Below, one piece after another: positions 38,001-51,514 of a stretch of 64,000 bases of DNA. The notes beneath the pieces were generated by a model. That model saw only the letters and a program-made list of their open reading frames with translations, was not told the origin of the DNA and searched no databases. Numbering within the stretch: position 1 is the stretch's first letter; each line of letters begins with the position of its first letter. The position numbers were made by a program, and so were the translations under genes. Source of the stretch: Malacoraja senta (lineage: Eukaryota). The stretch covers positions 7,008,001 through 7,072,000 of the forward strand of contig CM075997.1 of the NCBI GenBank assembly GCA_038087875.1, given 5' to 3'.

Positions 38001-41000
38001 CCTCGTTGGGGACCCCGGAGGAGAAGAGCTCCGACCGCCGGCCCGCGGCCAACTTCTAACCGCGGGTGCGGCGGGGACTTACCATCCTGAGCGGGGTCCC
38101 TCGCCGGGGACCCCTGGAGAGGAGCTCCAACCGCCGGCCCTGCGGTCTGCGGTGCTTCTGGCTGCGGCGTGGCGGGGACATTAGATCTTCGACCGCCGGC
38201 CTGCAGCCTACACCATCTTGAAGCCGCGGTCTCCGGTGGGGAGGCACCGAATCTGGACTTACCTGGACTTACCTTGTCTGGACGCCCGCAGCAGCGACTG
38301 CGGAGGGTTGTGGTCCCGACCACGGGGGGAAATGGAGGAGGACTGGCCAAACTTTGTGCCTTCCACCACAGTGATGAATGGTGGATGTTTGTGTTAAATT
38401 CTTATTGTGTACTGTGTGTTCTTTTTTATTGTACCGCTGCTGGCAAATTCATTTCACTGCACTTTATGCGCAAATGACGAATAAAACTGACTTGACTTGA
38501 CTTGCTGGGATGCATCCTGATAAAATGCTTTATACGGCACATCTGCAGAACATCCAGGCGATGTTTCGGGACTGGAGATGGGTACTGACCCGAAACGTCA
38601 CCTCTTCATTCCATACACAGACGCTCGAGCCGAAACGTCACCCATTCCTTCTCTCCAGAGATGCTGCCTGCCCGCTGAGTTGCTCTGGCATTTTGTGTTA
38701 ATATCATTTCCAGGTTACGCCAACACTCTCCATCCAACCTCAGCCAACACTTGAGGGGATCATTCGACCAACTGCACTTGGTAATTAAACTCAGTGCAGT
38801 TAAACCCTCCCACAGCTGGAGGATCATGCCAGTGATTTGCATAATGGGACATAAGTGCTTATTTGTCAGTATTTAACGCTGAGCAATTAGTGCGTCATTT
38901 ACTGTGCGATGAATACGATTAACTCTTCGCATCCTGAATCAAAGATCAGGGTCGCCATTTCAGCCAATATTTTGAGGTGGTTCATAGGTCAAACGTAGAA
39001 CGTCGGAGGTTGTGGGAAGACTGGATAGAAGGAGATTTTAGTCTTAGTTCAGAGATACAGCGGGGAAACAGGCCCTTCGGCCCACCGAGTCCGTGCTCTC
39101 CTGTGCACACTAGGGATAATTTTACATTTATACAAAGCCAATTAACCTACAAACCTGCACGTCTTTGGTGTGCGGGAGGAAACCAGAGCACCCGGAGAAA
39201 ACCCACGCAGGTCACGGGGAGAACGTACAAACTCCGTGCAGACAGCACCCGTAGTCAGGATCGAACCCGGGTCTCTGGTGCTGTGAGGCAGCAACTCTAC
39301 CGCTGTTATGAGAGGCATGGATAGGCGGATGTGTCATAGAAAACCGCAAGGGGGGACCTTTTACACAATAGACAATAGGTGCAGGAATAGGCCATTCAGC
39401 CCATCGTGCCAGCACAGAATGGTGATTGGTGTATGGAACGAGCTGCCAGAGGAGGTAGCTGAGGCAGGTACCAATGTTTAAAAAAGCAGTTGGACAGGTA
39501 CATGGATATAGGGCAGGTTTGGTGGGATTTGGGCCAAAGGCAGGCAGGTAGGACTAGTATTAGATGGGGCATGTTGGTCGGCATGGGGAAGTTGGGCCGA
39601 AGGGCCTGTTTCCACGCTGTATGACTCTATGACTGTAGGTTAGACGGTCAGAACTTTTTTCCCAGGGTGGAAACATCCAACCCCAGAGGGTATAGCTTTA
39701 AGGTGAGAGGGGGAATGTTTAATGGAGATGTGCGGGGCAGGTTTTTTACACAGAGAGTGGTGGGGGTCTGGACCCCACTGCCAGGGGTGGTGGTGGAGGC
39801 AGATACAATTGTGGCGTTTAAGAGGCTTTTAGATGAAAGTGCATCAAATAGAGGTATATGGATCATGTGCAGACAGATGAGGTGAGTTTAACGTAACTTG
39901 GCATCAAGTTCAGCACAAAGATTGTGGGCCGAAGGGCCTGTTCCTGTGCTATACAGTTCTATGTTCTATCATTTGGCTTTGGAAGGTTGTGGACTTAGTA
40001 TAGCTAAGAGATACAGCATGGAAAAAGGCCCTCCGGCCCACCAAATCCACGCCGACCAGCGATCCCCGCACACTAACACTATCCTACACACACTGGGGAC
40101 AATTTACATTTACACCAAGCCAATTAACCTACAAACCCGTATGTCTTTGGAGTGTGGGAGGAAACCGAAGATCTCGGAGAAAACCCACGCGGTCACAGGG
40201 AGAACGTACAAACTCCGTACAGACAAGCACCCGTAGTCGGGATCGAACCTGGGTCTCCGGCGCTGCGAGGCAGCAACTCTACCGCTGCGCCACCGTGCCG
40301 CCCCTTGAATGCAGTTGAAACAAAAGCTGCAGATGTTGAAAATCTAAAGTGTAATGGGGGCAGCACGGTGTCGCAGCGGGACGGTTGCTGCCTCACAGCG
40401 CCAACGTCTGCAGTCTAAATGGAAGATGAGCATACGAGCATTCTGGTTCCGGTGGTGCTGGGGGGGGGAATAGGGGGAAACCGTTTTTTAGGCACCTGCC
40501 TCGACGGAAATGCGACTTTCTTCCTTGTCGCTTCTTCGCCCCCCCCCCCTCCTCGCGACCTTATGGGGCTGCCCCACAGCGGCGACCTAATTGGCTAGTT
40601 TAGAGGAGTTTGACCTCGACTCATACTCGCAGCATGGTCGACACAAGGTCGTAGGAGGTCTTTGTAACTCTCCTTCATGCTCGAGAGTGATCCCCGTGTA
40701 CTCGAGGCCTCAGCTAGGTCGCGGCATAATTTTCAACATGCTGAAAAAAGCCCGCGAGTACAAAAAGGTCGCCATGGGAAAAAAAACAATTTTTTTTTAC
40801 TCGTAGGTTTAGTCGAAGTAGGTCGTAGTAGGTCGGCATGTTAGTCGTAGGCAATCGAAGGTAGTCGAAGCTAGTCGTAGCTAGTCTTCAACACAGTCGA
40901 AGGAGGTCTTCTACATAGTCGAAGGAGGTCTTCAACATGACACTTTTTCAAACTCTCCTAAACGCTTCTAAACTCGCCAATTAGGTTGCCGCAGTGGGGC

Positions 41001-44000
41001 AGCCCCTTTACAGCTGGTTTGGTGCGGCGGTGCAGTGGGGACTTTAACATCACGGGCCCCCTTGCTGGAGGTCGCCGGAGAAGCGCTCCAACCGCTGGCC
41101 TGGGGCCTACAACATCTTGGAGCATCGGTCTATGGAGCATCGGTCTATGGAGCATCGGTCTGTGGAGCTTCTGGCGGCAGGCGTGGAGCAGACATTTCAT
41201 CGTGGAGCGGGCGATCCCTCGCCGGGGGTCGCTGGAGAAGAGCTCCAACCGCTGGCCTGCGGCCTACAAAGCCGTGGTCTCCAGTAAGAAGGTGGCCCAT
41301 TTGGGAGCTCCAGGCCGCGGTGTGTGCTCGACCTGTTCCGACGTCGGCGTTCCGACCATCCCGACCAGGGGGCTTGAACGTCGGGCCGTCTGTAGCGGCG
41401 ACTACAAAGGGTGAGGACCCCGACCACGGGTGAACAAGGGAGGAGGAGGAGGAGGAGGACTGTCTGAACTGTGTTGCCTTCCACCACCAGTGAAGAATGC
41501 TGTGGTGGATGTCTGTGTGGAATTATGTTGTGTATTGTGTCCTTTTTTAATTGTAACGCTGCATGGTGAATTACATTTCACTGCACCTTATGGTCCATGT
41601 GACAAATACATTTGAACTGGAACTTGAACTTGAATGGGGGGTGGAGAAAGGACTAGGGGGGGTGGGCGATGGTGGAGGAAATGTGTGTGCACTGTATGGG
41701 GGGGGGGGTGCGGAAAGGGAACAGACTAAGGAGGGAAGGGCATTATTTGAATTTGGAGAATTCAATGTTTATCCCCTTTGGTTGTGAGTGTAATGTCCGC
41801 TGTAAGACCCTGTTGTGACTAGCACAATGAATACATGCCCGCCATCTTGTAAGAAAGATTTAATCTGAACCACCAACGGAAACTAGAAGGTCATCTGACC
41901 TCAGTCACGAGGCACAAGCACATTTGCCAGCTTCTGCTTTTGTCCTCAAGGGGCGCTGGCATTTATATTACATATACATCACATCTCCCCCTCCACTTTA
42001 ATTACATCACATCTCCCCCTTCACTTTAATTACATCACATCTCCCCCTTCAACGTTGGGGTCAATACTAATAACTTGACCCTTTAATCAATTTAATGTGG
42101 ATAAAGTACCACAAATAACACAGTGCTCTTCATACTACAAAACTATAAAATAATTGCCCAACTATTTTACATAACAAGTTGAGTCGGCAGAGATTTATAC
42201 CTGAACTGCCATCACTAAACAGATTATCTGACCATTGTTTTTGACGTCTACCAGAATAAGATTCTAAGTAGGAGAAGGTTTTCTTTAAACGGGTTTTGTT
42301 TGATAGCCTGGTTGGGCAGCGCAAGGTGCAGATATCATGGTTCCCCTTCACAATTGTGGTCTCATCTGCCCTAGTTAATTTTGTCTAGTTCAGAGATACA
42401 GCGCGGAACCACCGAGTTCCGCACGAACCACACGAACACTAACCCACACACGCTACGGACAATTTACAATTATACCAAAGCCAATTAGCCTACAAACCTG
42501 TACGTCTTTGGAGTGTGGGAGGAAACCGGAGCACCCGGAGAAACCCCATGCAGGTCACAGGGAGAATGTACAAAGTCCGTACAGACAGCGCCCGTTGTCA
42601 GGATTGAACCCGGGTCTCTGGCGCTGTGAGGCAGTAGCTGTACCGCTGCGCCACCGTGCCGCCCATAAACTGAGCCAAAATGGATTGGCCGTTGATAAAA
42701 GGTGGATTAGTAAAGGGCCTGTCCCACTTGGGCGTCATTTGCGCGTAATTTACGCGACATCATTTACGCGTCACGATGCCTGACGCGGGTGTTGTGCCGC
42801 GCACGTGATGCGCGCATGGTGCGTGGTGATGTAGGCAGTGACGCGCGGTCGCGCACAGCGCCCCAGGATTTTGGGATGTACAAAATCTTCGCGCGCCATC
42901 TGCATGACACGCAAATGACACCCAAGTGGGACAGGCCCTTAAATGATATTCAACATGGATTTGTGGATAGCAACTCACATTTGACCAACATGACTGCTGG
43001 CAAAGGTAGTTGGTGTTCTTTTCAAGAGCTACCATGGCTTTTAATACATTACCACAAAATTCATTTAGCAAAATTAAAAGCCCTATTTTAAAGGGTAGTA
43101 ACTGCATGAACGCAAAATTGGCCATGAAACAAGAAGGCAGTGGTGAAGTGTTTTCAGACAAGCTTACAAATTCATCTTGGAGATTGTGGCTTATTTTTGT
43201 GGTTAGCAGTTGACAAATTGATTTTTCATAAGACCATAAATTACAGGAGCAGAATTAGGCCATTCGGCCCATCGAGTCCACCCTGCCATTCAATCATGGC
43301 TGATCTATCTTCCCCTCTCAACCCCATTCTCCTGCCTTCTCCCCATAACATTTGACACCCTCACTAATTAATCTCCAGCTTAAATATACCCACTGACTTG
43401 GCCTCCACAGCCATATGTGGCAATGAATTCCACAGATTCACCACCCTCTGACTAAAGAAGTTCTTCATCAATTCTAAATTACACCCTTTTATTCCGTGGC
43501 TGTGACCTCTGGTCCTGGACTCTCCCACTGATGGATACATCCTCTCCACATCCACTCTCTCCAGGCCTTTCACTTTTCGGTACGTTTCAATGAGCTCCCC
43601 CCTCATCCTTCTAAACTCCAGCGAGTACAGGCCCAGCGCCTTCAAACGCTCATCCTATGCTCACGACCACCTTCCGTGAATCCAACTAATGTATAGAGGA
43701 TTCAAGGATTCGGATCAATGAATGGAGAAAGAATATTTTGAAGAGCACAAATAAGTATTCACTAAAGCAAAATACAAGTTATTTATTTTTATTTTTTTTA
43801 ATTTTATTAGTAATGTGGCACCGAGGTGTCTAATATATATTGGCATGTTACATTTCATGTACAGCTTCTTTTAAAAAAAAAATTATAATAAAAGAGAGAA
43901 AGAGAGAATAGATAATAAAAATTAGAAAAACGTGTGATGTATGGTGTGTGAAAAGGAAAAGGGGGGAAAGAGTGAAAGTGAAAGTGAAAAAAAAAGGGGA

Positions 44001-45894
44001 GAAAGAGAAAGTAGAAAGTAGGAGATTAAAGGAGATCGGTATTTATATTCTTGACCATCCTTCACCCAGTCCTGAAACAGTTGGTTTCTACGATTTTGTT
44101 GCACCATATGCTTCCAAGAAGTCGATAAATGGAGACCAACTCGTTAAGAATTGGTCTGGTTTATCTATTAGGAGCAAAATACAAGTTAAATACAGAGTGG
44201 GGATTGTTTTTCTTGCAGGAGCATGTGCTGAATGGCAGCCATAAGACACAATAGCACAGGGAGATCTCAGTTGCAGCCTGGTGCTGTAACAAAACACAAG
44301 CGTATCTGCAATAGAAACCCACCCACGCCTCAGCCCTAATGCTCATTGTGCTAACTTGCAAAACCATAATGTAATAAAATATGCCTTGCAGTCAATTTAA
44401 TTTGCAGAACTCCGCACACAGCACCAACTCCTCCGACAGTGAGCTGCAGGTGCCGAGTGATAATCTGCAGCCGATTGTCACACACGTTAACCCATTCCGC
44501 TCCGAACCTTTTAAACTCATAGAGACACAGAGAGTGTAGAGTGATGCAGCGTGGAAATAGGTCCTTAGGCCCAACCTGCCCACACCGGCCAACATGTCTC
44601 ATCTACACTGGTCCCAACTGCCCGCGTTTGTTCCATATCCCTCCAAACCTGTCCTATCGGGGTGTTGGGGGAGTCCAGAAACAGGGGCCACACAATTTAA
44701 GAATAAGGGGTAAGCCATTTAGAACGGAGACTTTAGAACGAAAACATGTTTTCACACAGAGAGTTGTGAGTCTGTGGAATTCTCTGCCTCAGAGAGCGGT
44801 GGAGGCGGGTTCGCTGGATACTTTCAAGAGAGAGCTAGATAGGGCTCTTAAAGATAGCGGAGTCAGGGGATATGGGGAGAAGGCAGGAACGGGGTACTGA
44901 TTGGGGATGATCAGCCATGATCTCATTGAATGGCGGTGCTGGCTCGAAGGGCCGAATGGCCTACTCCTGCACCTATTGTCTATTGTCTATTGTCTATCCA
45001 TGTACCTGTCTAACTGTGTTTTAAACGTTGGGATAGTCCCAGCCTCAACTACCACCTCTGGCAGCTTGTTCCATAAACCCACCACCCATTGTGTGAAAAA
45101 GTTTCCCCTCAGATTCCTATTAAATCTTTTCCTCTTCACCGTAAACCTATATCCTCTGGTCCTCGATTCACCTACTCTGGGCAATGGACTGTGCGTCTAC
45201 CTGATCTATTCCTCTAATGATTTTATACGCCTCTATAATAAGATCACCCCTCATCCTCCTGCGCTCCAGGGAACAGAGTCCCAGCCTACACAACCTCTCC
45301 CTATAGCTCACACCCTCTAGTCTTGGCAACATCCTCGTAAATCTTCTCTGTACCCTTTCCAGCTTGACAACGTCTTTCCTATAACATGGTGCCCAGAACT
45401 GAACACAACACTCTAAATGCGGCCTCACCAATGTCTTATACAACTGCAACACGACCTCCCAACTTCTATACTCAAAACTCTGACTGATGAAGGCCAATGT
45501 GCCAAAAGCCTTTTTGACCGCCCTATCTACCTGTGACTCCACCTTCTAGGAATGATGCACCTGTACTCCTAGATCTCTCTGCTCTACAACACTACCCAGA
45601 GGCCAACCATTCACTGTGTAGGTCCTGCCCTTGTTAGACGTCCCAAAATGCAACAGCTCACACCTCACATCCCCTCATTGAAGTTAAAGCGTAGCCCTCT
45701 AGTCTTTGACATTTCCACTCTGGGACAGAGGTTCTGATATGATAGTGGTGTTTAAGAGGCTTTCAGAGAGGCACATCTCGCTTTCCATCTTCGTCACCCA
45801 GATTTTAGACTTTAGAGATACTGCGCGGATACCGGCCCTTCGGCCCACCGAGTCCGCGCCGACCAGCGATCACCCCGTACACTAGCACGAGCAC
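35099..45894 (+). repeat. ~10.8 kb direct duplication, copy 2, with the same nested elements as copy 1
   Basis: Colinear with 24057-34898, with scattered substitutions and indels. Confidence 0.97.
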
Positions 45895-45946
45895 AAGTTT
45901 GTCTATGGGACCATTTACAGCGGTTATCAAATTTAGTCCACGCTGA

Positions 45947-46557
45947 GTACTGGTCCCTCTAACTAGTTCTCACCGGCAGTACTGTATGCTCTAACTAGTT
46001 CACACCGACTACTTTATCCTCTAACTCGTTCACATCGACTACTGTACCCTCTAACTAGTTCACACCAACTACTGTACCCTCTAACTAGTTCACACCGACT
46101 ACTGTACCCTCTAACTAGTTCACACCGACTACTGTACACTCTAACAAGTTCGCACCGACTACTGTATCCTCTAACTAGTTCACACTGACTACTGTACCCT
46201 CTAACTAGTTCACACCGTCTACTGTACCCTCTAACTAGTTCACACCGACTACTGTACCCTCTAACTAGTTCACACTGACTACTGTACACTCTAACTAGTA
46301 CACACCGACTACTGTACCCTCTAACTAGTTCACACCGACTACTGTACACTCTAACAAGTTCGCACCGACTACTGTATCCTCTAACTAGTTCACACTGACT
46401 ACTGTACCCTCTAACTAGTTCACACCGTCTACTGTACCCTCTAACTAGTTCACACCGACTACTGTACACTCTAACTAGTTCGCACCGACTACTGTATCCT
46501 CTAACTAGTTCACACCGACTACTGTATCCTCTAACTCGTTCCCGCCATAGGTACTGT
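45947..46557 (+). repeat. 30-bp minisatellite, about 20 units
   Basis: CTAACTAGTTCACACCGACTACTGTACCCT in tandem. Confidence 0.97.
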
Positions 46558-46896
46558 CGATGCTCTTTTTTGGAAGTGTATTTGGAAAGAGCCATCAGTA
46601 ATTAGCCATCAAGAGATGGTTGTTGGATAACACACTCTGTGGTGTCCAAGAGTGAGACGTACAGTTCGTTATTTTCACCTAGAATGTATAAACCATGATG
46701 TACTGCAATACAGACTTCAAATCCACTCTCCTGAAATGTCCCTCTGATTTCCCCGGGGAAGCGTTAGTGCGAATGGATGGCGGCACTTTGTTCCAAACTG
46801 TGTCTTCATATATTAATAAATCTCCAGCAAAGTGTAAGATGCACGTTCTCCTTTAGGGAATGACAATGTTGTAACAGGACAATAACACGAGAATTA

Positions 46897-47885
46897 ACTA
46901 GTTAGAGGATACAGTACCTTTACTGAGAACTAGTTCGAGCGTACAGTCCTGTCAGTGAGAACTAGTTGGAGGGTACAGTTCCTTTAGTGAGAACTAGTTA
47001 GAGGGCACAGTACCTTTAGTGAGAACTAGTTAGAGGGTACAGTACCTTTACTGAGAACTAGTTCGAGCGTACAGTCCTGTCAGTGAGAACTAGTTGGAGG
47101 GTACAGTTCCTTTAGTGAGAACTAGTTAGAGGGCACAGTACCTTTAGTGAGAACTAGTTAGAGCGTACAGTACCTTTAGTGAGAACTAGTTAGAGGGTAC
47201 AGTACCTTTAGTGAGAACTAGTTAGAGCGTACAGTCCTGTCAGTGAGAACTAGTTAGAGTGTACAGTACCTTTAGTGAAAACTAGTTAGAGTGTACAGTA
47301 CCTTTAGTGAGAACTAGTTAGAGGGTACAGTACTGTTAGTGAGAACTAGTTGGAGGATACAGTACCTTTAGTGAGAACTAGTTAGAGGGTACAGTACCTT
47401 TAGTGAGAACTAGTTAGAGGGTACAGTACTGTTAGTGAGAACTAGTTAGAGGGTACAGTACCTTTAGTGAGAACTAGCTAGAGCATGCAGTCCTGTCAGT
47501 GAGAACTAGTTAGAGTGTACAGTACCTTTAGTGAAAACTAGTTAGAGTGTACAGTACCTTTAGTGAGAACTAGTTAGAGGGTACAGTACTGTTAGTGAGA
47601 ACTAGTTAGAGTGTACAGTACCTTTGGTGAGAACTAGTTAGAGGGTACAGTACTGTTAGTGAGAACTAGTTAGAGCGTACAGTACTGTTAGTGAGAACTA
47701 GTTAGAGGGTACAGTTCCTTTAGTGAGAACTAGTTAGAGCATACAGTACCGTCGGCATAAACTGGTTAGAGGGAACAGTACTTTCAGTATGAACTAGTTA
47801 GAGAGCACAGCACTGTCAGTGTGAACTAGTTAGAGGGAACAGTATTGTGGGTGTGAGCTAGTTAGAGCATACAGTATTGTCGGCA
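46897..47885 (-). repeat. 32-bp minisatellite, about 30 units, inverted relative of the 30-bp array
   Basis: GAGAACTAGTTAGAGGGTACAGTACCTTTAGT in tandem; shares GAACTAGTTAGAGGGTACAGTA with the reverse complement of the left unit. Confidence 0.97.
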
Positions 47886-48264
47886 CGCTTGAGATACCTT
47901 GGTACACCTGACTATAAGCTAAACTAAACTAAACTGGACTACTGCCTGACCCGCTGAATTACTCCAGCACTTTGTGTCTACCTTTGATATAAACCGGCAT
48001 CTGCAGTTCCTTCCTACACAAACAGTGAACCCAGGTCTGTATAGGCTGCCTATATTAGAGTGAGAATAAGTGCATAGATAGGGTCCATTATGCTGTAACG
48101 CTGGCAAGCTGGGTCTTTGTAACTGGATTTCCATTTTATACCTGTATTAATATTGAACTCACTTTCACCCTATCACTTATTAAACCTTTGAGGTGACACT
48201 CGATGCCTTCTGCTTCGCCGTTTGGAAAAGTAATGTGTTGTTCCTCCTCTTGATGTAAATCTAA

Positions 48265-48490
48265 TGCACAGAGTTGTGAATCTGTGGGATTCTCTGCCAC
48301 AGAAGGCAGTGGAGGCCAATTCACTGGATGTTTTCAAGAGAGAGTTAGATTTAGCTCTTAGGGCTAACGGAATCAAGGGATAGGGGGAGAAAGCAGGAAT
48401 GGGGTACTGATTGTGGATGATCAGCCATGATCATATTGAATGGCTCGAAGGGACGAATGGCCTATTCCTGCACCTATTTTCTATGTTTCT
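48265..48490 (+). mobile_element. CR1 3' tail
   Basis: CR1 C-terminus and UTR consensus. Confidence 0.75.
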
Positions 48491-48744
48491 CTGGCAAATG
48501 GTTTGAGCATTGGGTCAATGTCTTGGACTTAAGTATTGTTGGAAGGAAGTATAATGGTCTGAGGGACTGTTTAGTTTAAGAAGGAACTGCAGATGCTGGA
48601 AAAATCAAAGGTAGAGAGAAATGCTGGAGAAACTCAGCGGGTGTATGGAGCGAAGGAATGGGTGACGTTTCTTCAGACTGAAGAAGGGTCTCGACCCGAA
48701 ACGTCACCTATTCCTTCGCTCCATAGATGCTGCCTCACCGACTG

Positions 48745-49360
48745 TTTGGTTTAGTTTAGAGATACAGTGCGGAATCAGGCCCTTCAGCCCACCGAGTCCG
48801 CGCCGACCAGCGATCCCCGCACACTAACACCATCCCACACACACGAGGGACAATTTTACAATTTTAGACCAAGCCAATTAACCTACAAACCTGAACATCT
48901 TTGGAGTGTGGGAGGAAACCGGAGCACCCGGAGAAAACCCACGCAGGTCACGGGGAGAACGTACAAACTCTGTACAGACAGCACCCGTAGTCGGGATCGA
49001 ACCGGTGTCCCTGGTGCTGTAAAGGGCCTGTCCCACTTACGAGATTTTTGGCACCCGTCATAGTCGTGCAATTCCCTGAAAATTTTCAGCGTGTTGAAAA
49101 TCCAGCGGCGACCGAAACAAGGTACGACTCTTTGGGCGACTACTCGCGACCATACAGGCGTCACCCCGCGACATGTCGCCAGTATGGTCGCGAGTCGTCT
49201 CCTCAGTCGCCCAAAGAGTGGTAGCGTCTTTCTGGTCGCCGCTGGATTTTCAACATGTTGAAACATGTTGGCGACCTATGACGGGTGCCGGCAGTCGCCG
49301 AAAAAGTCGCGTAAGTGGGACAGGCCCATACGCAACTCTACCACTGTGCCACCGTCACGC
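48745..49360 (-). mobile_element. SINE interrupted by a Harbinger-like MITE at 49023-49328
   Basis: SINE halves GGTGCTGT..GCAACTCTACC flank AGGGCCTGTCCCACTTACG..CGTAAGTGGGACAGGCCC. Confidence 0.82.
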
Positions 49361-50389
49361 CCCTCATTGGTATCATGTTCAATATGGACATCGTGGGCCA
49401 AAGGAACTGTTCCTGCGTTGTGCTGTGTTCTATGTTCTAGTTGTACACCATTTGCAAATATTGTTGGCTATATCTACCAACTGTTGGATCTCTGGGCCCA
49501 GTGTGTCTTTGAGCAAGTCCTCCTTGGTGGAGCAATCTCCACCAAGGAGACTCCTCCTGGATATAGTGTCTTGCTTCACGCAGATGTAGCTCTTTGACAA
49601 TGGGTGAACCTTCAACCCACCAAAACCGAGAGCTGACTTCATAAGTTCGTAAGACATAGAAGCAAAATTAGGCCATTCGGCCCATCGAATTCATTCCTCC
49701 TATTTCCTCAGTCCTGACGTCTTTAGCCAGAGGGCGGTGAATTTGTGGATTTTTTTGCCACAGACAGCTGTGGAGGCCAAGTCAATGGATATATTTAAGG
49801 CAGAGATCATTAGATTCTTGATTCGTACGGGTGTCAGGGGTTATGGGGAGAAGGCAGGAGAATGGGGTTAGGAGGGAGAGATAGATCAGCCACGATTGAA
49901 TGGCGGAGTAGACTTGATGGGCCGAATGGCCCAATTCTGCTCCAATTCACAATAATAATCTCGCTTTCATGAATTCTCTTTCACTGCCATCAGATCTACA
50001 CACAGGTCAATTTCCCAAGAATTTGCTAAGACTTTATTGATTTTGTCACGAGGAGATTAGTTTGCAAGAAATATGAAAGATAAGGACTAGGTGTGGATTA
50101 GGATTTCCATCTGATAGGAGACTATGGTAATGGAGAATAAAAATGTCACCCTTAATGCATGTAGTCATATAGGTTCTAGATATGATCAGAGTCATATCTC
50201 CATTCATATCTATATTCTATATTTGGAGTCATGGAGTTCTATGGCACAGAAACAGGCCCTTCGGCCCAACTAGGCCTGGACAGTGTGGATGTTTACAGGA
50301 GAAGGCAGGAGAATGGGGTTGAGAGGGAAAGATCGATCAGCCACAATCAAATGTAGACTTGATGGGCCGAATGGCCCAATTCTGCTGGC

Positions 50390-50992
50390 TCAGCGGTAGA
50401 GTTGCTGCCTAATGGCCCTGTCCCACTGTACGAGTTCATTCAAGTGCTCTTCCAAGTTTAAAAAAACTCATGGTAAGCACGGAGAATGAACGTAGCGGGT
50501 ACGTCGGAGCTCGGGGACGTCTCTTAGCGGCTCGTAACGCTAACGGCAGGTACTCGGGAAGGCTCGCTAACGGCAGGTAAGCTCGGGAAGACTCGTGAAG
50601 ATTTTTCAACACGTTGAAAAATGTCCACGAGAGCCCCGAGTACCGACGAGCGGCCATTACCGTAAATCTCCGAGTTCGAATCAGGGCAAACTCGGGGGGA
50701 ACTCTTGAATGAACTCGTACAGTGGGACAGGGCTTTTACAGCGCTTGCCGCGCCGGAGACCCGGGTTCGATCCCGACCACGGGTGCTGCCTGTACGGAGT
50801 TTGTACGTTCTCCACGTGACCTGCGTGGGTTTTCTCCGAGATCTTCGGTTTTCTCCCACACTCCAAAGACGTGCAGGTTTGTAGGGTTAATTGGCTTGGT
50901 GTAAAATGTAAAATTGTCACTAGTGTGTGTAAGATGGCGTTAGTGTGCGGGGATCGCTGGTCGGTGCGGACTCGGTGGGCCGAAGGGCCTGT
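50390..50992 (+). mobile_element. SINE interrupted by a Harbinger-like MITE at 50413-50735
   Basis: GTTGCTGCC(TAA)[GCCCTGTCCCACTGTACGAG..CTCGTACAGTGGGACAGGGC](TTA)CAGCGC. Confidence 0.82.
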
Positions 50993-51514
50993 AAAAAACA
51001 AAAAAAAGAAAATGCTTCTTAAGTGCACTGGATACTGAGGGTAGAAGCCTAGCAAAGGCCTGTCCTCTGGCCTGAAGGTACTGGCAGATTGGGAGAGGGT
51101 AAGACCAGACACAGACTGGAGAAATGGTCGGAAACGGAGTAGTGAATACTGCGTAGCGAAACTAAATCGTGAATTCAAATTCTTGTTCGAGCACATATCG
51201 ATCCCGAGCTCAAAAAATAAAATTGCTACTTTATCCGTGAAAGACAACCTTTATGAACTAATTCCACACAAATCAATTCTGTTGTCGTGACGAATTGCTT
51301 CCTATTTTCTTTTTTTCTTCTTTCTTTTTCAATAATGCCGGTGAGTTTTTGTTTGACCTTCTCAAGTCACCGGTAAATTAAAAGATGAAAAGCTGACCAA
51401 ACAATCTCATTTATTCAGTTACCGCTAATTAATTTTAATCTTAATTCATCTGCATGTTGCACTTGGAATGAAATTGCTTGTACTTGTTAAACGTGGTGCT
51501 TTGCATAATAAACA

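Noticed and set aside
24057..45894. Biologically novel segmental duplication
   Set aside because: Breakpoints coincide with the assembly gap, so an artefact is more parsimonious; kept only as a checkable finding
46014..46595. 193-aa repetitive ORF (CELVRGYSSR)n
   Set aside because: Translation of a 30-bp minisatellite; no evidence it is coding
45947..47885. CRISPR-like array
   Set aside because: Units are contiguous with no unique spacers, there are no cas genes, and the context is eukaryotic
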